Shown: positions 1-10,997 of the stretch, piece by piece
How positions within the stretch are numbered: position 1 is the stretch's first letter
Layout: each line of letters opens with the position of its first letter
From: Cyanophora paradoxa CCMP329
Lineage: Eukaryota > Plantae > Glaucophyta
NCBI GenBank assembly: GCA_004431415.1
Contig: QPMI01000519.1
Location: 62,001 to 126,000, forward strand
Direction of reading: 5' to 3'
Length of the DNA: 64,000 nucleotides
Made by a program: the position numbers and the translations under genes
Notes under the pieces: model-generated
Told to the model about the DNA's origin: nothing
The model's database searches: none
Seen by the model: the letters and a program-made list of their open reading frames with translations, nothing else

Positions 1-687
1 GCGAGCAGCGTCACGCACGAGAACGAAATTCTTCTTCTGGCCGACGCAGTTGGCCGCGGGGCTGTTGCGAGGGAAGCTCAACTCGTACTGGATGACCCAG
101 TACTCGTCTGCTCCGGAACAAGCGGTGCTTCCATTAACGCTGCACTCTTGCTTCAGCAGCTCAAACTTGTACTGGAAACCGCTGTCCGTCCACTGGGTAG
201 ACCAAGGGAGGGATGATACGGCCATGCTGATCTCGGGGGTCTGGACGAGGATGCCGTCGCCCTGCTGTCCGTTGATGCCAGACGTTCCCGTGTACCAGAA
301 CTTCATCTTGTCCGGTTTCCTGCGCGTGCGCACCAGACGAATTTCAGGCGCATGGTCCAGTGGCTTCGAATTTGCACAGCTCGAGGGGGGCAATATTCAA
401 TGAACGCACACGGCGTAAGCTGTGTTGCCGTCCTTGTAGTGCAGATACGCCTCGCAATTCACGAAACAGTTATCCGGAGAGCAGTTCGGCCTGCGATCTG
501 GGATCGAACGCGTACGAGACGAACGTGAATATGCACATCATGCGCACCTGTAGCAACGGGAGAGCTCGTTCTGGCCCATGTTGCTTAAGCCTTCGATGCA
601 GACGGGCGTCGAGCCGGCCGCCGCCAAAGTCGCCGAAAAAGCCAGGAGGCCGAGGGCGACGAGTAGAACCGCGTGCGCGCCCTTCAT
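1..687 (-). CDS. Secreted Cys-containing protein, 5' part only (multi-exon; runs off the window start)
   Basis: ATG at 687 starts a signal peptide, MKGAHAVLLVALGLLAFSATLAAA. GT donor at 547. Later exons read PNCSPDNCFVNCEAYLHYKDG and KMKFWYTGTSG...EYWVIQYELSFP. Confidence 0.65.
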
Positions 688-874
688 CGCGTGAGGTCTT
701 AGATTCTGCGCGCTTTCGTCGTTAGCCGCGCCGATCGGGGGCCAGGGGGCCGGGTCTTCGCGCGCGCGCGCGCGGGACGTCCGCGCTGCCCATGGCCAGA
801 GGCTCAGGATCAAGCGCACCGAATTTCGAACTTCGGCCGGGGATTCGGACGCCGACGTATACGTACAAGATGAG

Positions 875-1157
875 TGTCGCGTGCGAGATTAGTGTGTCTA
901 ATCGTGCGCGCGGGAAGCCCGTGCGGAGTGCAAGCTCGGCAGGGCAGGGTTTGGCGAGTGCTGCTGCTGTTAGCCACCGGGATGGTAGACTGAGGGTGTA
1001 CCCGTCCAGCTACGGCGTACCCCGACACACGCATACAAGTGACCGCGGCGCTCTAACTAGCCTAGGCGCCGTCGATCTAGCAGCACGAAGGCTGCGCACA
1101 TCATCTAGAACCCTAGCGGCTCACAAACGAGCATCCGCTATAATGTCGGATGCGACA
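875..1157 (-). repeat. 3' LTR (283 bp)
   Basis: Identical by eye to 11474-11756; TG...CA termini with a 6-bp inverted repeat. Confidence 0.97.
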
Positions 1158-1170
1158 ACTCCTCCTCTCG
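1158..1170 (-). promoter_or_regulatory. Polypurine tract (plus-strand primer)
   Basis: Minus strand reads CGAGAGGAGGAGT immediately before the 3' LTR. Confidence 0.85.
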
Positions 1171-1288
1171 GATCCCGCGTCCGCGCGGGTCTACGCCCTA
1201 AGGCGAACAGAAAGAGGGCCGGGGAAGCCGGGAATTTGATCGAGCCTAAGCTCTCTATACAACGCGACCCCGGCCGCTATATACAAAT

Positions 1289-1423
1289 GCTCGGAGCTAC
1301 CGGCTACTGCCGGGAATCGAAAAAGGCTCCGAGCCACTCACGCTCGGCGTCACCGGCTACTGCCGGGAATCGAAAAGACGCCGAGCCCATCCATGTCCGG
1401 CAACTGCCGGGAATCGAAAAGAC
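1289..1423 (-). repeat. Three repeated bulged-hairpin RNA motifs in the retrotransposon 3' UTR
   Basis: 24-nt core CCGGCWACTGCCGGGAATCGAAAA (+ strand) at 1300, 1353 and 1397. Each is closed by a different basal stem: GCTCGGAGC/GCTCCGAGC, GCTCGGCGTC/GACGCCGAGC and GTC/GAC. Confidence 0.85.
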
Positions 1424-2390
1424 TGTCGCCCGGCAGGTGCCGGCACGACTCCAGCGTGGAGCGCCCAGGGGGCAAGGTCCAACTTCGGGCCGGCGGCCCA
1501 GGAAACTCGCACGAGGCGAGCGGATCGGAAGGGAGGAAGCCGAGGAGGCCCTGTCCTCGCCGCGCAGCAAGTTAACCGCAGAGGCGCACGCTGCAACAGC
1601 AATTGCAACGCGGGGCGTGACGCTCGCGGTAGCGCCCAGTAGCCCCAGCGCAATGCCCGTCCCAAAACGTAGGGCTAAGCAGCTCGTCTAGCGCCACTGC
1701 TCAGGCATGCGCCGCGCTCTCGCGGTCCGCCACGGCGTCGGATTAGGGGCTGAGAAGCCCACAACGGCGGTGGAGCTAGTAACTCCAGGGCAAGGCTAGA
1801 CGCCGCCCACAAGGTGCCCTCGTCGCCATCGTACGGCGGGAGGTACCCTGCCCGACCCGTGCTCGCGCGTCATTAAGGGGACGCGGCCCTCCAGGCGGTC
1901 CACCACCGAGCGTCCCCGGTGTGGAGCCCTGTATGGGGGAATTGTGCATCCCCAGTCATCGTACCCGGGGCGGGACCCGGCGTCACGACCGCCTGTGTGT
2001 ACCCCCGTTGGTGCTCGGCGCACCCCGGTACCCCACCAGGTCTTGCATCTCAAGGAGGGGGAATGCTCATCCCCTGTCACTGGGCCCGGGGCAGAATCCG
2101 GCGCCTCAGCCGCCTTCCGACTCCCCTGCCGGCGCAAGTCGCGCCCGGAGCTCGGCCAGGTCTTCGTAGGGCCCTCCGCCCGTCACTGAGCCGAGCATAG
2201 CTCGAGGCGGTCAGCCGCCCGTTGGCTCTCCTTCCTAGCCCGGGACTTTAGTGATTGTGGCGGGCGCTAGGCCCTTCTCAGCTCAACCCTCCGCGGGCAG
2301 CTCATCACTCTCGCGCTGCGCAGTTGCAGGCGCGGCCGCTCTCTGTCCTCGCCCTCCTGTGGGGCCGGGACGCGGCTCGGAGCCAGCTCC

Positions 2391-5300
2391 TCATGCTGCT
2401 CCCGCCGGGGCCGCCGGCGCTGCGGCCGCGGCTCCCGGTGCACCCGCCGCCCGCGGCCGCCCTCGGGCCGGCCGCGCGGGCGCGTTCGCATCGCGCATGC
2501 GGAACGGGATCATGCAATCGATGTGCACGATCGTCTCGCGGGTGTCGCGGGCCTTCTGGCGGACAGCGCCCACGGCGCCGTAGGGCCGGGCCAGGCCACG
2601 CACGACGTACGTGTACCCGCCCGGGTGCACGTCCATGACGGTGAACGGGCCGACCCAGGAGTTAAACAACCCTTGTCACGGTCGCCCAGCCAGCACAGGA
2701 CTTTGTCGCCCACTTCGAAGCGGCGACGGTCCGGCAGGTCACCCGTCCGGTGCACCATTTGGCGGCGGTACCAGCGGCGGTGCTCGCGGACCGCGTCATC
2801 GCGGCTCTTCGCGGCGCGCACTACGGTCGCGACGTAGTCGGCGTAGCTAAGGGTGTCGAGCATTTCGACCCCGAAGCGCACGTCCGCGGCAGCGTGAGCT
2901 CGTGCCCCAGGTGCAGGAGCGCGGGCGAGTAGCCCGTGGCCGCGTGCACGGTCGTGCGGAGCGCCAGCTGCACCTCGTGCACGTGCTGGTCCCACTCGTG
3001 CATCGGCTCGCGCTCGGCGCGGCACGCCGCGTGGAGCAGCGTCTTCACGACGCCTCCCAGCCGCTCTACCAGCCCATTCGTCGAATGGTGGTACGCCGCG
3101 GCGTAAATGAAACGAGTCCCGAGCTTCCGGAAGTACTCGTTGAACGGGCCGCCCTTCAGGCTGGACCCGTTGTCCATGAGGAGGCGCAGCGGCACGCCCT
3201 CATTCGAGACGAAGTCTCGGCCCATCTCGAGCATGGACCAGCCGTCCAGGTCGGCCTTTGGGTACAGCCGCGTGTACTTGTCCCACGCGTTCACCCAGGC
3301 GACCAAATAGCGGTTGCCGCGCGGCGTCGGGTCGAGGTGGAACACGTCCACCTGCCACAAGTCATTCCGGCCCTCGGCCTCGATGACTGCGATCGCAGTT
3401 CGCCGCGGCTTCACAGCCTTGGCGAACTGGCAGCAGGGGCAGCTCCGCACGTAGCGGGCTACGGCCGCGAGCATGCCCGGCCACCAGAACCTCAGCAGGA
3501 TCCGGCGGGCGACGATCGAGGCGCCGCGGTGGCCCCACCCATCGTGGTACGCGTACAGGACGCGGTCCTGCCAGGACTCAGGCAGGACGGGCACGAAGCG
3601 GCCGTGAGGCGCGACCGGGCGGCGGACAAGCACGCCGTCGGTGTCCACGTCGAATTTCCCAGCGAATCCGACGAAGGCCGCCTTGGCCTGACTGCAGAGG
3701 TAGCAGTCGCCCGTGTGGCAAGAGGCGCGCGTGCAGCGGGCCTCGTTCACGCCATTCTCTAGCCAGGAGAACAGCTTGCGGCACAGCGGGTCCGCCTTCT
3801 GCGCGGCGAGCAGCCTGACTCGCCGGGCAGGGAACATGTGCCGCAGGGTCTCGGGCAAGGGCCCGTCGAGGGAAGGCGGCGGAGCGCAATCCCAAGTGTC
3901 CTGGACCAGCTCGAGCAAGCGCGGCTTGCGGCGGTCTCGGACCTCGCCCAGCTCAGGGCCGGGGGCGATAGCGCTGGACGAGAGGACCTCTCGCTCGAGG
4001 CCTGCGGCCGGGCCGCCACTCGAGCCGGCGTCGCCGCTTGAGGGCGCCTCGGAGGCGGCCGGCGGCTCAGAGGAGCCGGCCGTCGCGGCGGCGGTCGACG
4101 CGGCCGCGGAGGACGACGCCGCCGGGGCGCCGCCCTCGGGCCCCTCATCAGGGTCGTCCTGGTGAGGGTACAGCGGCGGGCCGCAGCGCCAGTGGCGCGG
4201 GTTGTCCGCCTTGCGGGGCGTCTTGCCCGGGCGCGGGGCCTCAGGCGGTCGCAGGTCGCGCGGCAGGGGCGCGACGGGCCCCTCGTAGCGCCGCGGCCCT
4301 AGAGGGAACCGACGACGTACGTGCTCGAGGAGGGCCACGGGGAACCCGTCCTCGTCGAGCTCGGGCTCCTGCGCCTGGCGCGGGGCCTCAGGCTCGGGCA
4401 CAGGCGGCGCAGCCTCGCCATCGGAGCCCAGCTCCATCGGGTCGGACTCGGGCGCCGGCGGCGGGCTCGGAGAGCGCGGGGCCGGGGGCAGGCCTTGCGC
4501 GACGGCGAGGCGGTGCCACTCGTCCACCCCTTGGCGCACCTCAGCCCAGGTGGTGGGCTTCTGGCCGCGCCGAGTGGGCGGACCGGCCTGCGGCAGCGCC
4601 GGCGCCGCTGGCAGGGGCGCTCCCTGCCCCGCGGCAGGAGCTCGAGGCTCGGGCGGCGCCGGGGCCCCCGCGGGCTCAGTCTCGGCGCGCGCCGACGCGG
4701 CTCGGGCGCGCGCGCGGGCAGGGGACGGGCTCGTCGTCAGAGCCCTCCTGGAAAGCCTCAGGCGGCGCGCGCGTCCGACGCGGACGCGGCCCCTGGGCGG
4801 GCTGGACGTCCCGCCTTGCGGCGGGAGCGCCCTCGAAGGCGAGCTGGCGCCGGAGGCGGGCCTGTCGCCGCGCGACGAGGATCTCCGCCCGGCTGGGCGG
4901 AGCCGCGGGCGCCGCGGCCTCGGCGGGCTCGGACGCTGACGCGGGGGCCGGCGGCGCGGCCTCGGCCGGCTCGTCGGCGAGCTCGGTCAGGCGGGGGCCC
5001 GGCGGGGCCTCCACCGCTACCCGGGCCTCCGCAGCGCCTTCGGCGGCGTGAGCGACTGCAAACAGCGGCAGAGGCTCGTCAAGGTCGCCGGGCTGGGGCA
5101 CGCCGTGCCCCGTGGCGCCGGCCAGCGCGTCGGGCGCGGCCGAACTGCCGTCGGCGCCGCCGGGCGCGAGAACCGGGTGGTTCAGTGGGGGCCGCGAGCA
5201 GGCGTCGGGCCCTCCGTTGTTGCGCCCGCGCGGTACTCTACGACAAAGTCGTAGGACTGCAGGAGGAGGGACCAGCGTCCCAGCCTTCCCGAGGTCGCCT

Positions 5301-7789
5301 CGCGCGAGCGCAACCACTGGAGCGCCTGGTGGTCCGTCCGGACCAGGAACTGGGGCCCTCCCAGGAGGAAGTGCCGCCAGTACTTTATTGCCCATACAAC
5401 CGCTAGGCACTCGAGCTCGGTGGCGGTGTAATTCCGCTCGGCGGGCGCCAGCGTTCGACTGATGAACGCGATGGGCCGCTCACGGGCGGGCGAGCCGCCA
5501 TCGGATTGCGACAGGATCGCGCCGATGGCGTACGTCGACGCGTCGGTCGACAGGATGAAGGGCCGCTCGAAATCCGGGTACCCAAGTACCAGATCCTCGA
5601 GCAGGGCGGCCTTCAGCGCCTCGAAGGCGGCTTGGTGGACCTCGGTCCATTGCCACGCGGCGTCCCGAAGCAGCAGGCGCTGCAGCGGGTGGGTGACACG
5701 GGCGAACCCGTTCACGAAACGCCGGTAGTACCCAGCCAAGCCCAGGAACGACCTCAATTGGTCAGCGTTCGCAGGCGGCGGGTACTGGCGAATGAACGCC
5801 AGCTTCGCGGGGTCCTGGCGGATCCCTTCGGCCGAGACGAGGTGCCCGAGCAAGGCCACCTCCGCCACCCCGAAGCGGCACTTGGAGGGCTTCAGGCGCA
5901 AGTTCGCCGGCATGATAGCGCGGAACAGGGCCTCGAGGTCCAGCAGGTGCTGGGGCACGCTTGGCGAGAACACCGTGATATCGTCGATATACGCGGTGAC
6001 GCAAGTCGTGAGCAGGGGGCCGAGGATGGCCGTCACGGCGCGCGAGAAGGCGGCCGGCCCGTTGGTCACGCCGAACGGGGTCACGCGCCACTCGTAGTGG
6101 CCCAGGGCACTACGAAGGCCGTGTACTGCCGGGACGCGGGGTCCAGCGGCAGCTGCCAGAATCCCGCCGTCGCGTCGACGGTCGAGAAGATCATGGACCC
6201 CCGCAGGCGGTCCAGCTGATCGTCAATCCGTGGCAAGGGAAAGACGTCGCGCTCGGTGATCGCATTTAAGCGTCGGTAATCGACGCAGAACCGCCAGGTG
6301 CCGTCCTTCTTAGGAGCGAGCACGACCGGCGAGCCATAGGCGGCTTGCGAGGGCTGGATCAGGCCCAGCTCAAGGAGCCGCTTTATTTCGTCACGGGCGA
6401 AGGCCTCGGCGTGCGGGCTTACACGCCGCGGGGCGTGAAGACGGGCAGCCGTGAGGTCAATCGGATCACGTGCTCGTAATGGAGGAGATTGGCCGTGCCC
6501 TCAGTGGCCGTGACCGAGTCGGCGAACGCGCACGAGTAGCGCTTCAGCAGAGCCTCTAGCTCGGCGCGTTCCGTAGCGCTCATCGCCGGATGCGAGCCGC
6601 ATTCCGGGATCTTCGCGCGTGCACGGTTCCACTCCTCCTCTTCGGAAGACGACGTCCCCGTCGCTTCCGGCGGTGCCCGCGGGGCGCCACCGTGGGAGGG
6701 GCCAGGCGCGGGGCCCGGAGGGGCGGCTCGCAGCGGCGCCTTGCCCTTGTCCTTGCCGCGCGCGGCGGAGGACTCGGCTACGGAGGGCGCGGGCGCTTCC
6801 GTTGTCCGGACAGAGCAGCCAGGGCCTTCCAGCGGTGCTGGCGCCGGTGCAGGCGGGCGAGCGGCCCCGCTCGGCGAGGGCGCCGGCGGCTCAGCTGCCT
6901 CGGCAGCGAGATTTATTTGATTCCCGGAGGGATTGGTGGGGACTGCGTTAGCCCCCTGGCGTGCAGCGCGAGCCGCGTGGGCGCGGCGGCGTGCGGCGCG
7001 TTCAGCGCGGCGGGCGGGCCTGGTGCGCTCGCGCTCCTCTGGCGAGGTCCAGCCAAGGTACCCGTCCTCGCGCTCGCGCTCAGAGTCGGTGTCCGAGGAC
7101 ACGGGCTCGTCACAAAGCGCGAGGCCCTCCATTGTGACAATGGGGACGCCTTCGCCCTCACCGCCGTCGTCGCGCAGCATGCGGACGAACAAGGGAGGCG
7201 CGCTCGGCGCAGGCTCCTGCTCGGTGGCTACAGTCGCTTCGGACTGCCGGGCGGCGGGTGCCGCGAAAATAGGCCCTGGAGCAGGGTGCTGGGGCGGCGT
7301 GGTGCCCTCAGCTGCCGTGTAAGCCGCAGCCGTTCGATTGGCTCGGCGGCGCATCGCGCGGAAGCCTTGCCCTCGCTTAGGGTAGAAGGCTCGCAGCGTG
7401 CGAATGAAAGAGTCGGCGACGGTGCGCGCCGACGCGTCGTCGGGCGGCGGGTCGAACCCAAAGTCGCCGGGCGGCAGGTTATTAGCCTCCGCTACCGCTA
7501 CAATGGCCCCGGCGGGAAGCAGGACGGGCTCATTGGCGGGATTTACTAGTCGCACGTGCAGGCTGCCGCCCTCGGCAGGCCGGCGGTGCAACTGGTGGGG
7601 CGCGAGTACCCCGAGCGCTGACAGGGAGTCAGGCGCCGGCCCGACGGCGAGCGTCGGGGCCTGGTCCGCTGGCGGCGCAGGGCCGTCCAACACGCAGCGG
7701 ACCATCCACTCGCGGGCGTCCTTTAGGACGACGGGGCGGAGCACCCGGACAAGGAGAGGCCCCTTTGATTGTCCGGGCACAGAAAAGGG
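2391..7789 (-). CDS. pol: Pol polyprotein: dUTPase-like fold, RT, RNase H, integrase (H2C2, DDE, GPF); broken by single-base indels in this sequence
   Basis: RT motifs KKDGTWRFCVDYRRLN, PFGVTNGPAAF and YIDD. RNase H motifs TDAS, ELECLAVVWAI and TDHQAL. Integrase motifs YHDGWGHRG..CPCCQ, VDVF/MDNG/ERL and WVGPFTV. No chromodomain seen. Confidence 0.93.
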
Positions 7790-10700
7790 ATCACGTGGGG
7801 GCGGAAGTGCGCGTCGCGCGCGTGCAGGCACCAGCCCGAGCTGGTGGTGTCAATCCGCCCCTCGATCCTCATGATCGTGCCGATGCCCGTCACGGTACGG
7901 GAGACGTTCCCGTCGGGCGTAATGTCGAACCGCGGGTCGCCGTTTGGTTCGACCTGCAGGTGCTGGATCCCCGGCCATTTCAGGCCCGGCTGAGCGAGCA
8001 GGTACGCCGACGAAATGAGCAGGGATAGCAGCGGTAAACGCTCGCTGTCCGGCAGTGCGCTCGAGTCTGAGGCGAGGCCCCAGACGTTCGAGGCGGGCGC
8101 GTGCCGCTCCCACGACAAGAGCATGTCGTCCCAAGCTTTCAGCGAGGCGACGTCGAGCTCATTGGGGTCGTCGGGCCAAAGATCCTCAGGATCAGGGGCC
8201 GAGCCAATACCCGAGCACTTGGTGACGGGGTGGCTGAGTTGGGCACCGCGGATTGCGAGCATCGCAATGCTCGAATCGGGGCCCTCCTGGAGGCGGTAAT
8301 CGAGCTTGGCGATCGTCGCCGCAGCCTCGATCACGCAGGCGAGGGAGTGAGCCTCGGTGCGGTGAGCCAGGCGACCCAGCAGCAGGCGCTCGGGGCGCCG
8401 CAGGCCGCAGGCCCCCAGGAACCGGTCAAGGACTATGCCTTTAGGGCCCTCCTGGGCGAGTTCGCGAACGAGCAGCGTCTGCTTCGCGTCGTCGAGGCCG
8501 TTCGTGAAGAGCAGCCCAATGGCGCGCTCTAGGTCACGGGGCTTGGCCGTCAAGTGGGCGTACCACTTTGTGAGCGGCATGAGCACCGGGCTCACGTAGC
8601 GGGGCAAGTAGGGCCCGCCCTCGCGCTCGCCCTCTTTCTCCACGTCCGTGGCAGGCACGTGGTCATACGGCATGTAATCCAGTGCCCACGACTTCGTGGA
8701 GCACCGGGGTGGTGCCTGGGGCACGTCGCGGTCCGGAGAACCGAACGGCCCGAAATAGGCGGGCTTCGAGGTGTCGCTGGCGTAGGGCGCGGAGCCCTGG
8801 CCAGGGTCGGAGCTCGGGGCGGACTCGGAGTCCGTGTCGAGCCGCTCGGCGTCGCTCTCCCCAAGCTCGGACTCCCCGGAGCCGTCCTCGCTGGCCGGGT
8901 TGGCGCAGCGGAGGTCCCGCTCGAACGCAGCCTCGCGAGTGGCATCGTCGAGGGCGCCAGCCGAGATGTCCGCCGCAGCGGCATCGAAGGCGGCCTGGTC
9001 GCGCGCCTTGGCGGCCATGGCAAGGGCGTCGGACGGCTGGCGGACCGCTGCAACGGCCGCAGCCTCGTCCGAGTCGGAATCCGTGCCCACGGGCATCACA
9101 TGTACAGACAGCGACCGAATGGACGGGCCGCCCGGAGGGGCGCCGGCGTTCGGGTTGCCGCCTGCAGACGAGGAGCTGGCGCCACGCGCGCTCTCGTGCA
9201 GGGCGGCCTGCTGCTGCATCACCTGCAGGTGCTGGAAGAATGCAGCCATGGCGGCCGAGTTCGGCGAGTCAGAGCGGGGCTCGTTCTCGGCGCGAACTTG
9301 GTTGAACCGGGGCCGCTGCCCGCGGTTCATGTCCTGGCCGTAGCCCCGGCCGCGTCCGCCGCGGCCCTGTGACTCAGCGTCCGGGCAGTCCCGGCGGATG
9401 TGGTCCAGAGACCCGCAGGTCCAGCAGCCCGGCTCACGGTCGTCCTGGGCGCTCTTCTCCTTGCCCTTCCCCAGCGGGCGCTGGTTCGGGCCGGAGGCAG
9501 GGGCGCGGGTGGCGCCGCCCCGGCTGTAGCCGCCGCCGCGGTCCCGGCCGAAGCCGCCGCGGTCGTTGCGGTAGCCGCCGCGGGCGTACGGCTCCTGGCG
9601 GTGCCCGCCGCGGTGCGAGAACCCGCCGCGGGTCGGGCCGGGCTCGCTGCGCTCATCGGCGGCATCCTCCTCGCGCGCCGGCCGATCGCGGCGCCGCGCG
9701 CGCTTATCCGCAATCCCTTTCACCCACTCGGAGTATGGGATATTGGGGAAGGGGGCCGTGCCCCACACGCAGTTCCACGTAAAGTGGCAGCGGTCGAGGG
9801 CCGGCATCTCCACGTGCATGCACAGGGGCATGGGGACGTGGTCGTGCTCGGGTACCCCAGGCGCTCCTCGTCGGGGTGCCGGCGACCCGCGACGGGCGCG
9901 CCCTGCGGAGCCTTCGTGCCCGGGGCCGCATTGACGGACTTGACGGGCACGGCCTCGATGGGCTCGTCGCCGTCGTCGTCGCTGGCGGCGGCCGCTACCG
10001 GCGCCAGCTTGCGCACGCGGGGCTTCTTAGCCTCCGGCGCCTCGAGTGCGGCCGTGGCCGTGGGGGGCAGCACGGTGCGGCAGCCGTGCGTCTTGCACGC
10101 TGCGACGAAGATTTCGTCGAGCTGGAGCGGCGACAGGGCGCCGTCCTGTGCAAGGATGCGCTGCTGCAGCGCGGCGAGGAACGCGCGCAGAGTGCGCTCG
10201 TTCGCCTGGGCGAACCCGGCCATCCGAACATCGAGGTTCTGATATTCCGGGTCCTCGCTCGTCGAGCGGGCCTCGAGCGCAGTGCGCAGACACTCCGCAT
10301 AGTACACGGCGAGGCGCTGGCCCTGGGGCAGCGTGTGCTGCACTAGGGGCATGAACCAGTCATGCCATGAGCGCGGGTCCTCGCCCGTGTAGGGCTCAGT
10401 GAGAGCCCGGCGGGCCGCGTGCGGGCGCGTCTCATGAATCCATGCCGTGATCGTCGCGAGGAGCCCGGGGGCACGCAAGTACGAGTCACGCACGGCCACG
10501 ATAGTGGCATGATCGCGCGCGCAGCTCTGCTGCAGCGCCAAGATTGCAGCCTCATCCTCGGCAGTCCGCAGATCAGCCGGGACAAGTTCGAGACGAGCGA
10601 GCAGGGCGCGGTCACGCTCCAGGCCAGCAATAGAGGCCTCATAGAGGTCGCGCTTACGCTCAATCTCGGCGCGGAGGGCGCCGGGGCGGATGCGCCCGAC

Positions 10701-10997
10701 GATCACTCCGGCAAGCGCCTCAGACTTAGTATACTCCTGGCCGCCGGCAGTGTCCGGGCCAAAGAGATACTTCGTCGGCTGAGCCGACTGGAAGTTCCGG
10801 ACATCCTTCCGGAACCGGTCACCGTCGGCGAGGCGCGGCTTCGCGGGGAGGAAGGCGATCCGCGCGGGATCATCCTCCGCCGCAGCGGCGGTGCCAGCGA
10901 GCTGCACAGCAAGTTCGGCCTTCGCAGGCTCAACGTGCGCAAGTGCGGACAGCTGGCTACGGACTTCAGAACTGATCAGTTCAGAAGTGTTCGACAT
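7723..10997 (-). CDS. gag: Gag-like ORF1 with CCHC zinc knuckle and an unknown C-terminal domain
   Basis: ATG at 10997. Capsid-like YTGEDPRSWHDWF, an RGG-rich tract, and CWTCGSLDHIRRDC at 9385-9426. One frame break near 9850 lies in a C-run. Confidence 0.8.
7741..7789 (-). promoter_or_regulatory. Putative programmed -1 ribosomal frameshift signal
   Basis: In-phase slippery heptamer C CCU UUU (7789-7783) followed by the stem GCCCGGACAA/UUGUCCGGGU. ORF1 stops at 7723 and the -1 frame is Pol. Confidence 0.7.

Noticed and set aside
1060-1075. Tf1-style self-priming via GGCGCC in the LTR
   Set aside because: Only 6-7 bp of a GC palindrome pair with the PBS, which is expected by chance.
1289-1423. 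Repeats as a CRISPR array or hammerhead ribozymes
   Set aside because: Eukaryotic retroelement UTR with no cas genes, and the spacers are the stems themselves. GAAA is present but the CUGANGA hammerhead core is absent.
792-1691. 299-aa + strand ORF as an env or antisense gene
   Set aside because: It starts outside the element, crosses the LTR, and shows no TM segment or domain.
1935-2110. SECIS element or HDV-like ribozyme
   Set aside because: UGAC is present but there is no GA quartet partner or apical AA, and the HDV pseudoknot could not be assembled.
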